Assembly: GCA_963779985.1 (NCBI GenBank) | Contig: CAVZZW010000004.1 | Span: forward strand, 1,527,624 to 1,591,623 | Length of the DNA stretch: 64,000 bases | DNA from: an uncultured Gammaproteobacteria bacterium | Lineage (GTDB): Bacteria; Pseudomonadota; Gammaproteobacteria; Steroidobacterales; Steroidobacteraceae | Direction of reading: 5' to 3' | Shown here: piece after piece, positions 11,223 to 21,969 of the stretch | Layout: every line of letters starts with the position of its first letter | How positions within the stretch are numbered: position 1 is the stretch's first letter | Made by a program: the position numbers and the translations under genes | Notes under the pieces: model-generated | What the model was told of the DNA's origin: nothing | The model's input: only the letters and a program-made list of their open reading frames with translations | The model's database searches: none

Positions 11223-11885
11223 AAAGCTCGCTGCCGCGGCGGCCGGTCGTCATCCTCATATCGGGACGCGGCAGCAACATGCGCGCGCTCATCGAGCAAA
11301 GCCGCGATCCCGGCGCGGCCTATACGGTCTCCCAGGTGTTTTCGGACCAGCCGGTCGCGGCCGGGCTCGAGCTGGCACGCGATCTCGGTGTGCCGGCTCG
11401 AGCGCATCGCCGCCGCCCGGACGGCGGATCGCGCCGCCTACGATCGCACCCTGGCCGCCGCGATACACGAATGCTCGCCATCGTTGATCGTGCTCGCCGG
11501 ATTCATGCGCATCCTGAGCGCACAGTTCGTAACGGATTTTGCCGGCAGAATTTTGAACATCCATCCGTCGCTGCTGCCTAAGTTTCCGGGCCTGCATACG
11601 CATCGGCGTGCTCTCGAGGCGCATGAGCCCGAGCATGGCGCAACCGTGCACTTCGTCACCGAGCAGCTCGACGGCGGTCCGCCCGTCATCCAGGCGCGCG
11701 TCGCCGTGGCGGCGGATGACGACGAGGCGAGCTTGACGGCCCGGGTGCAGGCCCAGGAACACCGCATCTACCCTCTCGCAGTGCGCTGGTTCTGCGAAGG
11801 CCGATTGCGTTACGACGATGGTCGAGCGTGGCTGGACGGAAAACTGCTGGACGAGCCGGTGCAGTTCACCGGCTCGGAAGGATAG
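11219..11885 (+). CDS. purN: Phosphoribosylglycinamide formyltransferase; frameshift near 11395
   Basis: GTG 11219 overlaps the purM stop and opens [25 protein letters not shown]. It then continues as [50 protein letters not shown] (ORF 11388..11885). Confidence 0.85.
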
Positions 11886-11894
11886 GAGGTCCCC

Positions 11895-12614
11895 ATGAGC
11901 GGTCGCGGACTCACTGCGCTGTCGCTGGCGATCTTGGCCTGCCCACTGACCCGGGCGGAGGTCGCGGCCTCGGCCGATACCGGCATCGCACCCTTTGCTG
12001 CCCACTACCAGGCGGACTGGAAAAGCATCAACGCGGGTACCAGCGAGCTCGAACTCAAGAAAGACGCCGAGCCCGGCCGCTACGTGTACACCTGGACGAT
12101 CACGGCCCGCGGTATCTTCCGGATGGTCTACCGCGACGATTTGATTCAGGAAAGCCGTTTCAGCATCGATGCCGACCACGTTCACCCGATGAAATACCAT
12201 GCCGTGGACGGCGCATCCAGCGTGGACCTGGATTTCGATTGGGATGCGGGACGCGTTCGCGGCACCTCCGAGAAGAAAGCGGTCGATCTGAAGCTCGTTG
12301 ACGGGATCCAGGACGTGATGTCCATCCAGGTCGAAGTGATGCTCGATCTAAAGAGGGGGCATTTGCCGCAGACCTTCCAGATCATCGACAAGGATGAACT
12401 GAAGGATTTCATCTACACCCAGGAAGGGACTGCCAATATCACGACCGCTCTGGGGCAGCTAGACACCGTGATCGTCTCCAGCAAGCGCGCCGGCAACAAT
12501 CGCGTTCTGCGCATGTGGTTTGCGCCCTCCCTGGGATTCGTGCCGGTTCAGGCGGAGCGGACCCGCGACGGCAAACTAGAGTTTGCCATGCGGATCAAAG
12601 CCCTGAAGCGCTAG
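11895..12614 (+). CDS. DUF3108-like exported protein
   Basis: 239 aa with a signal-like N-terminus. The position directly after purMN matches the usual DUF3108 context. Confidence 0.65.
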   Translation: MSGRGLTALSLAILACPLTRAEVAASADTGIAPFAAHYQADWKSINAGTSELELKKDAEPGRYVYTWTITARGIFRMVYRDDLIQESRFSIDADHVHPMKYHAVDGASSVDLDFDWDAGRVRGTSEKKAVDLKLVDGIQDVMSIQVEVMLDLKRGHLPQTFQIIDKDELKDFIYTQEGTANITTALGQLDTVIVSSKRAGNNRVLRMWFAPSLGFVPVQAERTRDGKLEFAMRIKALKR

Positions 12615-12682
12615 GTTTTCGGCACCGCGAAGTTGACCGGTTGGAGCACCCGCCAAGCGGTCAAAATCTTTGCGTCGAGGTA

Positions 12683-13249
12683 CTAGGTCTTCGGCAACGT
12701 GACGCCGCGCTGCCCCTGGTATTTGCCGCCGCGATCCCGGTACGAGGTTTCGCAGACCTCGTCTGATTCGAAGAACAGCATTTGCGCCACGCCTTCGTTG
12801 GCGTAGATCTTCGCCGGCAGAGGCGTGGTGTTGGAAAACTCCAGGGTAACGTGCCCTTCCCACTCGGGTTCCAGGGGCGTTACGTTCACTATGATCCCGC
12901 AACGCGCGTAAGTGGATTTCCCCAAGCACACGGTCAGCACGCTGCGCGGAATGCGGAAGAACTCCACCGTGCTCGCGAGCGCGAAGGAATTCGGCGGGAT
13001 GATGCACACCGGTCCTTTGAAATCCACGAAGGACTTTTCGTCGAAATTCTTCGGGTCGACGATGGTGGAGTTGATGTTGGTGAAAATCTTGAATTCGTCG
13101 GCGCAGCGCACATCGTAGCCGTAGCTCGAGGTGCCGTAGGAAACGATTTTGTGACCGTGTGCGACCCGCACCTGCTCGGGCGAGAACGGGTCGATCATGC
13201 CCGCGTCCGCAGCCATGCGCCTGATCCAGCGATCGCTCTTGATACTCAT
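12683..13249 (-). CDS. dcd: dCTP deaminase
   Basis: [94 protein letters not shown] confirmed at 13249. Confidence 0.92.
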   Translation of the reverse strand: MSIKSDRWIRRMAADAGMIDPFSPEQVRVAHGHKIVSYGTSSYGYDVRCADEFKIFTNINSTIVDPKNFDEKSFVDFKGPVCIIPPNSFALASTVEFFRIPRSVLTVCLGKSTYARCGIIVNVTPLEPEWEGHVTLEFSNTTPLPAKIYANEGVAQMLFFESDEVCETSYRDRGGKYQGQRGVTLPKT

Positions 13250-14349
13250 TACGTTGGCTCTACCGTGATCTTGGGGAATGCGCGGCTGTAATCCTTGTTC
13301 AAGGTCGCGAGCCGCGCCGCTGTCCGGCGTGCCATCCGAAAGTAGGCCTGCGCACGCGCGCTGCCGGGCTCGGCAATCACCGTCGGAGCGCCCCCGTCCG
13401 CATCTTCGCGAATACGGATGTCCAAGGGCAGCTCGCCCAACAGCTGCACGCCGTATTGCGCCGCCATGCGCGCACCGCCGCCGCTGCCGAACACGTGCTC
13501 GACGTGGCCGCACTGACTGCACACATGCATGCTCATGTTCTCCACCACCCCCAGCACCCGAACCTCGACCTTCTCGAACATCTTGAGGCCCTTGCGAGCA
13601 TCCAGAAGAGCGATATCCTGGGGTGTGGTGACGATGACGGCGCCGCTCACGGGAACCCGCTGCGCCAGCGTCAACTGTATGTCTCCGGTGCCGGGCGGCA
13701 TGTCGACGACCAGATAGTCGAGATCACCCCACGTCGTCTCGCCCAGGAGCTGCGTCAAGGCCTGGGTCACCATCGGCCCGCGCCACGCCATGGGCTGTTC
13801 CGGATCGATCATGAAACCGATGGACATCACTTCGACGCCGTGAGCGCGCAACGGGGATAAATGCTTGCCGTCCGTGCTCTGCGGTTTGGCGCCGGCCAAC
13901 CCCATCATCAGCGGCTGGCTGGGGCCGTAAATATCTGCGTCCAGCAGGCCCACTTTGGCGCCCTGGGCAGCCCAGGCCAGCGCCAGATTCGCCGCCGTGG
14001 TGGACTTGCCCACCCCGCCCTTGCCAGAGGCCACCGCCACGATGTTCTTGACGTTGGCCAAGGGCTTGAGCGTGCGCTGGACCGCGTGCGCCGTGATTTG
14101 CGCGCGCAACGTGAGCTCGAGCCGGGTCTGCCCAAGAAGGGGCTGGAGGTGGTCCTGCAACGCGGACTGCAGCTCTGCCGCATAATCCGCACACGGGAAT
14201 CCAAGCACGAGTTCCACGTGAACCGTACCGCTCTGCAGTGTGACGGAGGCCACAGCTTTCGCTTCCCCGAAAGTCTGGGCGAGATAGGGGTCGGTATAGG
14301 TATTTAGTTTTTCGCGGATCGCGTTATCCGCGGTTGCAGGTTGATTCAT
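13249..14349 (-). CDS. apbC: Fe-S cluster carrier ATPase ApbC/Mrp
   Basis: MNQPATADN.. at 14349. It has the deviant Walker [19 protein letters not shown] and CSQCGH cysteines. Its stop overlaps the dcd start by 1 nt. Confidence 0.9.
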   Translation of the reverse strand: MNQPATADNAIREKLNTYTDPYLAQTFGEAKAVASVTLQSGTVHVELVLGFPCADYAAELQSALQDHLQPLLGQTRLELTLRAQITAHAVQRTLKPLANVKNIVAVASGKGGVGKSTTAANLALAWAAQGAKVGLLDADIYGPSQPLMMGLAGAKPQSTDGKHLSPLRAHGVEVMSIGFMIDPEQPMAWRGPMVTQALTQLLGETTWGDLDYLVVDMPPGTGDIQLTLAQRVPVSGAVIVTTPQDIALLDARKGLKMFEKVEVRVLGVVENMSMHVCSQCGHVEHVFGSGGGARMAAQYGVQLLGELPLDIRIREDADGGAPTVIAEPGSARAQAYFRMARRTAARLATLNKDYSRAFPKITVEPT

Positions 14350-14482
14350 ATAAGCTGCCCATTGTACCGCACGCGGACAAGTGCGTGCGGTGTGGCATAA
14401 TCCAGCGTAGAGAATCAAGACTGGGTGGGGCCGCCGCAGTGGGAATGGACGGCTTCCGAGGGACGTGCAAAAAAGGCACCGA

Positions 14483-16870
14483 ATGAGTTTATTTGCCAAC
14501 TATCGTGCCGATCGGCTCATCGCCGAGGTTAGATCCAGCGGCAACCCGGGCAGCCCCCTGGCGCAAAAGGCTTTGGATAAACTGGTGGCCCTCGGTCCGA
14601 GCGCCATCGAGCCCATCGTCGACGCGCTCACGACGGCGGAAAAGCGCGAGACCCTGGCTTATGTCGACGCGCTGTCGCGCCTGATCGACACCAAGTCGCT
14701 GCCGCAATTGTTCAAGACCATGGCGGAGGCCAACGGTCGGGCGATGTCCGGGATCGCCTGGGCGCTGTCGTCGAGCAAGAACTACCCGCCGAGCGCGCTG
14801 CTCGATGCCTTGAGCAAACCCGACATGCCGAAGCAGGCCATCCTGGATGTGATCGCCGCGCAAAAGACCCGCTTCACGGTGCGCGAACTCTTGAACGCCG
14901 CGTACAGTCAGGAACCCAACGAAAGATCCGGATTGTTCAAGATCATCGCCGAAATCGCCGACGAATCTTCGATCGACGATTTGATCGCCAGGATCGAGGG
15001 CAAGGACCCGGTCGCCAGACTGCATATCATCAATGTGCTGGCCCGCTTCAATACGCCCAAAGTACAGCAAGCCGTGCAGAAGCAGCTCAAGGACAACAGC
15101 AAATTCATCCGCTCCGCCGCCCTCTCGGCGCTCGCGCGAATGGATGGGCCATTCGACATGGCCGTTCTGTGCGGCATGCTGCGCGATCCGGAAATCGAGG
15201 TGCAGAACAAGGCGGTCGACGTCGTCGTGCACGCCAATCATCCCGACACGATCAAGTACCTGGTCGACGTGCTCAAGGACGAGAACGAGTACGCGCGGCG
15301 CGCCGCCGTCGAGGTGTTGAACGTGGTCGGCACGTCGAAATCGGTCAAGTACCTGCTGGAAGTGATCGCCGACAGCGATTGGTGGGTGCGCACGCGGGCC
15401 GCCGACGCGCTCGGCAAGATCGGCGGTCCGCGGGTCGTCGACGCCGTGCTCACCCTGGTCAAGGACGACAATCAGGACATCCGGCGCGCGGCCATCGAAA
15501 TCCTCAATCAGACCAAGGACGAACGCGCGGTGGCGCAATTGATCGAAGCCACCAAGGACGCCGATTGGTGGGTGAGCGAACGCGCCGTGGATGCGCTCGC
15601 CGAGATCGGCAGCACCAAATCCCTGCCGCGCTTCGTCGAAATGCTGGGGGCGGGCGAGCCCAAATCCCTGCCGACCGTCATTCGCGCCATCGGCAAGATC
15701 GGCGATCAGAAGTGCATCGAGCACCTCCTGCCCATGCTGCAGCGGCCGGAAAACGAGATCAAGACGGAGACGATCACGGCACTCGCCAAGCTCGCGGACG
15801 AACGGCGCGCCGACACGATCCGGGTGCGGCTGCAGGCGGTCTCGGGCACGGCCGACGCGACCATCAGTCAAGCCGTGGCGCGCGCCATGACGGAACTGGA
15901 CAACCGCTTCTCCACGCAGCAAATCGCCGCCAATCAGCGCGCCGAAAGAATGCAGGAGCCGGCCAAGACCCTGCTCATCGACAACCAGGATCTCGCCAAG
16001 GTCGTACAGGAGCAAGAGGTCCAGGCCGCCAAACTGGATATCGCCACGCTGAAGACCGGCGATATCATCGAGGGCCGGTACAAATACATCGAAAAGATCG
16101 GCAAGGGCGCATTCGGCACGGTATTGCTGATGGAAGACACCGTGGTCGAAGAGCGGCTGATCCTGAAGTTCCTGAATCCGAACGTATCCGCGGACGAGGA
16201 GATGATGAAGCGCTTCGTGCACGAGTTGCGCTACAGCCGCAAGATCACGCACAAGAACGTCATCCGCATCTATGATTTCCTCTACATCCGCGGCAACTAC
16301 GCCATCTCCATGGAATATTTCCCGTCGCACACGCTGGGCGGCGAGATCGTCAACGAGAAGCCGGTCGCGCTCAAACGCGCGGTCAAATTCGGGATCGACA
16401 TCGCGACCGGCATGGCGGTCGCGCACCAGGCCGGCATCGTGCATCGGGATTTGAAGCCGGCGAACATCCTGATCGACAACGACGGTCTGCTCAAGATCGT
16501 CGACTTCGGCGTGGCGGCGGCCCAGACCCAGGGCGACACGCAATTGACCAAGACCGGCTATGTCATCGGATCTCCCAAGTACATGGCGCCGGAGCAGATT
16601 CTGGGCAAGAAGGTCGATGAACGGGCCGATATCTACAGCTTGGGCGTCATCCTGTACGAGATGTTCAGCGGCGTACCGCCCTACTCGCGCGGCGATCACA
16701 TGTCGGTCATGTACCAGCACGTGCAGGGCAAGGCCCGTCCGCCCATCGATATCAACAAAGATTTGCCGTTGGAATTGAACAACTTAGTCATGAAATGCAT
16801 GGCGCTGGACAAGGCCAAGCGCGCGCAGAGCATGGACGAACTGCGCCTGTCGCTCGAAAAGTTCCTCTAG
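14483..16870 (+). CDS. Soluble HEAT-repeat protein fused to a C-terminal Hanks-type Ser/Thr protein kinase
   Basis: The first roughly 520 aa contain repeated HEAT/PBS-lyase-like units (DSDWWVRTRAADALGKIGG, DADWWVSERAVDALAEIGS, NQDIRRAAIEIL). The kinase motifs are GKGAFGTV, LILKF, HRDLKPANILI, VDFGVA and SPKYMAPE. No TM segment. ATG at 14483 (M7 of the ORF). Confidence 0.85.
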   Translation: MSLFANYRADRLIAEVRSSGNPGSPLAQKALDKLVALGPSAIEPIVDALTTAEKRETLAYVDALSRLIDTKSLPQLFKTMAEANGRAMSGIAWALSSSKNYPPSALLDALSKPDMPKQAILDVIAAQKTRFTVRELLNAAYSQEPNERSGLFKIIAEIADESSIDDLIARIEGKDPVARLHIINVLARFNTPKVQQAVQKQLKDNSKFIRSAALSALARMDGPFDMAVLCGMLRDPEIEVQNKAVDVVVHANHPDTIKYLVDVLKDENEYARRAAVEVLNVVGTSKSVKYLLEVIADSDWWVRTRAADALGKIGGPRVVDAVLTLVKDDNQDIRRAAIEILNQTKDERAVAQLIEATKDADWWVSERAVDALAEIGSTKSLPRFVEMLGAGEPKSLPTVIRAIGKIGDQKCIEHLLPMLQRPENEIKTETITALAKLADERRADTIRVRLQAVSGTADATISQAVARAMTELDNRFSTQQIAANQRAERMQEPAKTLLIDNQDLAKVVQEQEVQAAKLDIATLKTGDIIEGRYKYIEKIGKGAFGTVLLMEDTVVEERLILKFLNPNVSADEEMMKRFVHELRYSRKITHKNVIRIYDFLYIRGNYAISMEYFPSHTLGGEIVNEKPVALKRAVKFGIDIATGMAVAHQAGIVHRDLKPANILIDNDGLLKIVDFGVAAAQTQGDTQLTKTGYVIGSPKYMAPEQILGKKVDERADIYSLGVILYEMFSGVPPYSRGDHMSVMYQHVQGKARPPIDINKDLPLELNNLVMKCMALDKAKRAQSMDELRLSLEKFL

Positions 16871-17035
16871 GAGCCTGTCTAACCAATGATCGCCGTCGCG
16901 AGGGCGAGCCACGGCGAGCAGATTTTGGCGATCGTTTCGCGCGCATAGTGGGCACTATCTAAGCGAAAGGATCGCCAAAAGATGCCGCTGTGGGGCGCCC
17001 GCAGCAGGCGCATCATTAGTCAGACAGGCTCCTAG
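16867..17035. repeat. 169-nt imperfect palindrome (long hairpin; MITE/REP-like or RNA structure)
   Basis: CTAGGAGCCTGTCTAACCAATGAT (16867-16890) pairs with ATCATTAGTCAGACAGGCTCCTAG (17012-17035) with 2 mismatches. TTTTGGCGATCGTTTCGC (16923-16940) pairs with GCGAAAGGATCGCCAAAA (16963-16980) with 1 mismatch. The apex is ATAGTG-GG-CACTAT (16945-16958). Confidence 0.8.
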
Positions 17036-17117
17036 GGCTTGATGGACCTCACGTTTATGGCTTGATTCCGGCCCAAACGCTCGAAAATCCAATCGCTTAC
17101 GGGTAGCCTTGGGCGTT

Positions 17118-18212
17118 ATGGCAAGAATCGACGCATTCCTCAAGTTAGGCGTGGCCCAAGGCTGCTCGGACCTGCATCTGGCCGTGGGGGTGCCGCCCAT
17201 GCTGCGCATGCACGGCGATCTGATGCCCATCAAGTTCCGCGACTTGGGCGAGGCGGAACTCGAGGGCTATATCACCGAGGTGCTGACCCAGAACCAGCAA
17301 AGAACGCTGCGCGAAGGCAATGACATCGACTTCTCGTACGTATCGACGGAGGGCGGGCGCTTCCGAGTCAACGTATTTCGCAAGGAAACCGGCATCGGTG
17401 CCGCATTTCGCGCCATTCCCACCCAGATGCCGACCATGGAGCAATTGGGGCTGCCGCCCATCGTCCGCAAGCTCTGCGACTACCACCAAGGAATGATCTT
17501 GGTTACGGGCTCCACCGGCACCGGCAAGTCCACCACACTGGCTTCGATGATCGATTATCTGAATTCGACCCGTTCGCTCAACATCATCAGCCTGGAAGAT
17601 CCGATCGAGTTCGTTCACCGCAGCAAGACGAGCCAAGTCATTCAGCGCGAGCTCGGCACGCACCTGCCATCCTTCGCCGAGGGCGTGCGCGCGGCCATGC
17701 GCGAGGATCCCGACGTCATCCTGGTCGGCGAGTTGCGCGATGCCGAAACCATTTCCATGGCGATGACCGCGGCCGAGACCGGACATCTGGTGCTCGGTAC
17801 GCTGCACACGACCAGCGCCACCAAGACCATCGACCGCATCATCGATGCGCTGCCCACCGAGGAGCGCGAGCAAACCAAGAGCTTCCTGTCGCAAAGTCTG
17901 ATCGCCGTCATCACCCAGGTGCTGATCAAGAGTCCCGACCAGCGCGCGCGGCGCGCCGTCTGCGAAGTCATGGTGCTCACCAAGGCCATCGGCAAGCTCA
18001 TCATGACCGATCAGTCGCATCAGATTCCGAGCCAGCTGCAAATGGGCAAGGAATACGGCATGCAATTGATGGATCAAGCATTGCTGGCGGCCATCAACGC
18101 CAAGGAAGTCGATCCTGAACACGCGTACACCTATGCGTCCGACAAGCGCCAGTTCCAGCGCTTCGTGTCCGATATGGCAGGGGCGCCGCCCATCGCCCCC
18201 GTGAACTCTTAG
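17118..18212 (+). CDS. PilT-family hexameric ATPase, divergent paralogue 1
   Basis: MARIDAFLKLGVAQGCSDLHLAVGVPPMLRMHGDL, Walker A GSTGTGKST, DPDVILVGELRD, GHLVLGTLHTTSA. The PilT AIRNLIRE box is replaced by AIGKLIMTDQ. Confidence 0.85.
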   Translation: MARIDAFLKLGVAQGCSDLHLAVGVPPMLRMHGDLMPIKFRDLGEAELEGYITEVLTQNQQRTLREGNDIDFSYVSTEGGRFRVNVFRKETGIGAAFRAIPTQMPTMEQLGLPPIVRKLCDYHQGMILVTGSTGTGKSTTLASMIDYLNSTRSLNIISLEDPIEFVHRSKTSQVIQRELGTHLPSFAEGVRAAMREDPDVILVGELRDAETISMAMTAAETGHLVLGTLHTTSATKTIDRIIDALPTEEREQTKSFLSQSLIAVITQVLIKSPDQRARRAVCEVMVLTKAIGKLIMTDQSHQIPSQLQMGKEYGMQLMDQALLAAINAKEVDPEHAYTYASDKRQFQRFVSDMAGAPPIAPVNS

Positions 18213-18220
18213 GGAATCCC

Positions 18221-19282
18221 GTGCCGGCCATCGACAATTATTTGAAGCAAGTGTTGGAGCGCAACGGTTCGGACCTGCACTTTCTTGCGGGGGATCCGCC
18301 GCGGGTCCGGCAGTATGGCGAGCTCAAGGCATTGAGTCCCGAACCGCTCACGGCCGAGATGGTCAAGACGACGCTGTACGAAATCATGCCGAAGCTGTCG
18401 GTGGAGCGCTTCGAAGCCAAGGACGGCACGGACTTCGCCTACAGCATGCCGGGCATTGCCCGGTTTCGCGTCAATGTCATGCGCCAGTTGAACGGCATGG
18501 GCGCAGTGTTCCGCGCGATTCCTTCCACGGCCCGCACCGCCGCGGAGCTCAATCTGCCGCAAGCTGTCATGGATCTCTGCAAGATCAACAGCGGCCTGAT
18601 CTTGGTCACGGGCAAGACCGGTTCGGGCAAGTCCACCACACTCGCGGCGATGATCGACGATATCAACACCCGCGAGAAAGGCCATATTCTCACCATCGAG
18701 GATCCGATCGAGTTCGTGCACATGCGCAAGAACTGCTTGATCAGCCAGCGCGAGATCGGGGTGCATGCAACCTCGTTCTCGAGCGCACTGTTATCGGCAT
18801 TGCGCGAGGATCCTGACGTCATTCTGGTGGGCGAGCTGCGCGACCTCGAGACCATGAGCATCGCGGTCACCGCGGCGGAAATGGGCATTCTGGTGATGGG
18901 CACGCTGCATACCAACGGTGCCGCGGCCACGGTCGATCGCTTGGTGAACGCCTTCCCTGCGGACAAGCAATCCCATGTGCGCACCATGCTCTCGACCAGC
19001 CTGCGCGGCGTCGTTTCCCAGCAACTCATCCCCAAAGCGGACAAACAGGGTCGCGTCGCGGCCCTGGAGATCCTGATCAACACACCGGCGGTCGCCAATC
19101 TGATACGGCAGGGCAAGATGGACCAGCTGGAAAATGCCATGCAAAGCGGCGCAGCGGTCGGCATGCGGCTGATGGATACGGCCATTCTAACGCTGATGGA
19201 GCAGCGGCAGATTACCGGCAAGGAGGCCTTCAAGAAGGCCATCAACAAATCCCGGTTCGAGCAATATCGCGAGGCGTCCTAG
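18221..19282 (+). CDS. PilT-family hexameric ATPase, paralogue 2
   Basis: GTG start 8 nt after the previous stop. GSDLHFLAGDPPRVRQYGEL, Walker A GKTGSGKST, DPDVILVGELRD, TLHTNGA, AVANLIRQGKMDQL. Confidence 0.85.
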   Translation: MPAIDNYLKQVLERNGSDLHFLAGDPPRVRQYGELKALSPEPLTAEMVKTTLYEIMPKLSVERFEAKDGTDFAYSMPGIARFRVNVMRQLNGMGAVFRAIPSTARTAAELNLPQAVMDLCKINSGLILVTGKTGSGKSTTLAAMIDDINTREKGHILTIEDPIEFVHMRKNCLISQREIGVHATSFSSALLSALREDPDVILVGELRDLETMSIAVTAAEMGILVMGTLHTNGAAATVDRLVNAFPADKQSHVRTMLSTSLRGVVSQQLIPKADKQGRVAALEILINTPAVANLIRQGKMDQLENAMQSGAAVGMRLMDTAILTLMEQRQITGKEAFKKAINKSRFEQYREAS

Positions 19283-19337
19283 TACCTCGTACTTCGCTCC
19301 CCACAGCGTCGTGTCCGCCAGCATGGCATAATTTGGC

Positions 19338-21407
19338 ATGACCCAACGACGCCGAATTCTAGTTACCAGCGCACTGCCCTACGCCAATGGCCCGATCCAC
19401 TTGGGCTATGTGCTCGAAGCCGTGCAAACCGACATTTGGGTGCGATTTCAAAAGCTTCGCGGCCATGAGTGCTACTACGTCTGCGCCGACGATACCCACG
19501 GCACGCCCATCATGCTCAAGGCGCAGTCCGAGGGACTGACGCCGGAGCAATTGATCGCGCAAGTCAACGTCGAGCACCGGCGCGACCTGGCCGACATGTT
19601 GATCGGCTTCGACAATTACGGTTCGACGCATGCGCCGGAAAACCAGGCGCTGTGCGCGAGCATGTATTTGAAGCTGCGTGCGGCGGACTACATCGACCAG
19701 CGCAGCGTGCGCCAGGCCTATGACGAAACGGCCAAGATGTTCTTGCCGGACCGCTACGTCAAGGGAGTTTGCCCCGTCTGCGGCACGGCCGATCAGTACG
19801 GCGATTCCTGCGAGAATTGCGGCTCCACGTACACGCCGGCCGATCTCAAGAACCCGGTCTCCGTGGTCAGCGGGTCGACACCCGTTTGGCGCGAGTCGGA
19901 ACACTTTTTTTTCAAGCTGAGCGCCTTCGAGAAGCCCTTGAACACGTGGGTGCGCAGCGGCGCGGTCCAGGAGAGCGTCGCACGCAAGCTCGACGAATGG
20001 TTTTCGCAGGGCCTGCGCGACTGGGACATTTCCCGCGATGCGCCCTACTTCGGTTTCGAGATTCCCGATGCACCGGGCAAGTATTTTTACGTCTGGTTCG
20101 ACGCCCCCATCGGCTACCTGGCCAGCTTGACGCAGCTATCCGCCCGCACCGGATTGAAGTTCGACGATTTTCTGGGGGCCGAATCGAGCGCCGAACTGCA
20201 TCACTTCATCGGCAAGGACATTCTGTATTTTCACACCCTGTTCTGGCCGGCGGTACTGCAGGCGTCGGGAATGCGCCGTCCGACCAGCGTGCACGCGCAC
20301 GGATTCCTGACCATCAACGGTCAGAAAATGTCCAAATCGCGCGGCACCTTCATCACGGCGCGCCGCTACTTGGACGCCTTCGCGCCGGAATACCTGCGTT
20401 ACTATTTCGCCGCCAAGCTGGGCGCCGGCATCGACGACATCGACATGAACTTGGACGAGTTCGCCACGCGCCTGAATTCGGACATCGTCGGCAAGCTCGT
20501 GAACATTGCGAGCCGCTGCGCCGGATTCATCACCAAGAATGCCGACGGCACGCTGGCGGGCGCCCTGCCGGATCCGGAGCTGTATTCCGCGTTCGCGGCG
20601 GCCGGCGACAATATCGCCAAGTCATACGAGATGCGCGACTCGGCGGCCGCCGTCCGCGACATCATGACGCTCGCCGATCGCGCCAACCAATACATCGACC
20701 TGCACAAGCCCTGGAGCCTGGCGAAGCAGCCCGACAAGGCCGCCGAGGTCCAGGCCGTCTGCACCCAGGGCCTGAATCTGTTCAGAACGCTGATGATTTA
20801 TCTGCAGCCGGTGTTGCCGGACATGGCGGCCAAGGCGCGGCGTTTCTTCCACGAGTCGAGCTGGGATTGGGCGGACGCCGCAACCCCCTTGCTGGGCACT
20901 GCGATTGCTCCGTACGAAGCGCTGGCGACACGCCTCGACCCCAAGGCCGTGGCGCGCCTGGTCGAACCGCAAGGTGCGACGGCGGCGATGCCGGCCGCCG
21001 CAGGTCGCCAGGCTGCCGTCAACGCAGCCACCCCCGGCGCGTCGGATACCGCCACCCTGGCTGCGGCAGTGGAGGGCAATTTGATCTCCATCGACGATTT
21101 CCTGCGCATCGACCTGCGGGTCGCGAAGGTGCTGAACGCCGATCTGGTGGCCGGTGCGGACAAACTGTTGAAATTGCGCGTGGATCTGGGCGAGCTCGGC
21201 GAGCGAGAAATCTTCGCCGGCATTCGGGCAGCCTACGAACACGCCGATCTGGTGGGCCGTCTCATCGTCGTCGTCGCGAACCTGGAGCCGCGCAAAATGC
21301 GCTTCGGCACCTCGGAGGGAATGATGTTGGCCGCCGGCCCCGGCGGCAAGGACATATTCGTACTGTCGCCCGACACGGGAGCGGCGCCCGGCATGCGCGT
21401 CAAATGA
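19338..21407 (+). CDS. metG: Methionyl-tRNA synthetase with C-terminal tRNA-binding domain
   Basis: [13 protein letters not shown] (HIGH region), zinc knuckles CPVCG..CENCG, KMSKSRG, and a C-terminal [20 protein letters not shown] domain. The 689-aa frame is intact. Confidence 0.95.
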   Translation: MTQRRRILVTSALPYANGPIHLGYVLEAVQTDIWVRFQKLRGHECYYVCADDTHGTPIMLKAQSEGLTPEQLIAQVNVEHRRDLADMLIGFDNYGSTHAPENQALCASMYLKLRAADYIDQRSVRQAYDETAKMFLPDRYVKGVCPVCGTADQYGDSCENCGSTYTPADLKNPVSVVSGSTPVWRESEHFFFKLSAFEKPLNTWVRSGAVQESVARKLDEWFSQGLRDWDISRDAPYFGFEIPDAPGKYFYVWFDAPIGYLASLTQLSARTGLKFDDFLGAESSAELHHFIGKDILYFHTLFWPAVLQASGMRRPTSVHAHGFLTINGQKMSKSRGTFITARRYLDAFAPEYLRYYFAAKLGAGIDDIDMNLDEFATRLNSDIVGKLVNIASRCAGFITKNADGTLAGALPDPELYSAFAAAGDNIAKSYEMRDSAAAVRDIMTLADRANQYIDLHKPWSLAKQPDKAAEVQAVCTQGLNLFRTLMIYLQPVLPDMAAKARRFFHESSWDWADAATPLLGTAIAPYEALATRLDPKAVARLVEPQGATAAMPAAAGRQAAVNAATPGASDTATLAAAVEGNLISIDDFLRIDLRVAKVLNADLVAGADKLLKLRVDLGELGEREIFAGIRAAYEHADLVGRLIVVVANLEPRKMRFGTSEGMMLAAGPGGKDIFVLSPDTGAAPGMRVK

Positions 21408-21408
21408 G

Positions 21409-21969
21409 ATGACCGGCGAGACCGCGCCTGACATCGTGGCGCGCATCGATGCGTTGCTGCCGCAGACTCAATGCACGCGCTGCGGCTATCCCGGATGCAA
21501 GCCCTACGCCGCTGCAATCGAGAGCGGCGAGGCCGAGATCAACCAGTGCCCGCCGGGCGGCAGCGCCACCATTGCGGCGCTGGCGGCACTCCTCGGCCGG
21601 CCCGTGCGAGCCTTGAACCCGGTCCATGGAGCGGAAACCCCGCCGCGCGTGGCATGGATCGATGAATCTCGCTGCATCGGCTGCGCGCGTTGCCTCGCGC
21701 CCTGTCCGGTGGACGCCATCATCGGCGCCGCAAAATACATGCACACGGTTCTCGCCGAGCGCTGCACGGGGTGCGAACTGTGCCTGCCGCCCTGCCCGGT
21801 CGATTGCATCGAGCTGCGGCCCGGCCCTGTGCCGGCGGCGAATCAGCCGGCGCTCAATCGAACGCGATTCGAAGCGCATGCCGCGCGGCTGCTGAATCGG
21901 GTAGTCGAACGGCAGCGTGAACTCGACGCGAAGAAGGCTGCCGCGGTGCGGCGCACGGGCGCTTCATGA
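21409..21969 (+). CDS. RnfB/RsxB-like Fe-S ferredoxin protein
   Basis: N-terminal [17 protein letters not shown] cluster plus two 4Fe-4S motifs, [12 protein letters not shown] and [12 protein letters not shown]. It overlaps the nth start by 4 nt. Confidence 0.8.
   Translation: MTGETAPDIVARIDALLPQTQCTRCGYPGCKPYAAAIESGEAEINQCPPGGSATIAALAALLGRPVRALNPVHGAETPPRVAWIDESRCIGCARCLAPCPVDAIIGAAKYMHTVLAERCTGCELCLPPCPVDCIELRPGPVPAANQPALNRTRFEAHAARLLNRVVERQRELDAKKAAAVRRTGAS

Noticed and set aside
14489-16720. 743-aa minus-strand ORF
   Set aside because: It is antisense to the HEAT-kinase gene, has no motifs and has antisense-type composition.
19769-21412. 547-aa plus-strand ORF inside metG
   Set aside because: It is an alternative frame of metG and is Arg/Gly/Pro-rich. 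metG is intact in its own frame.
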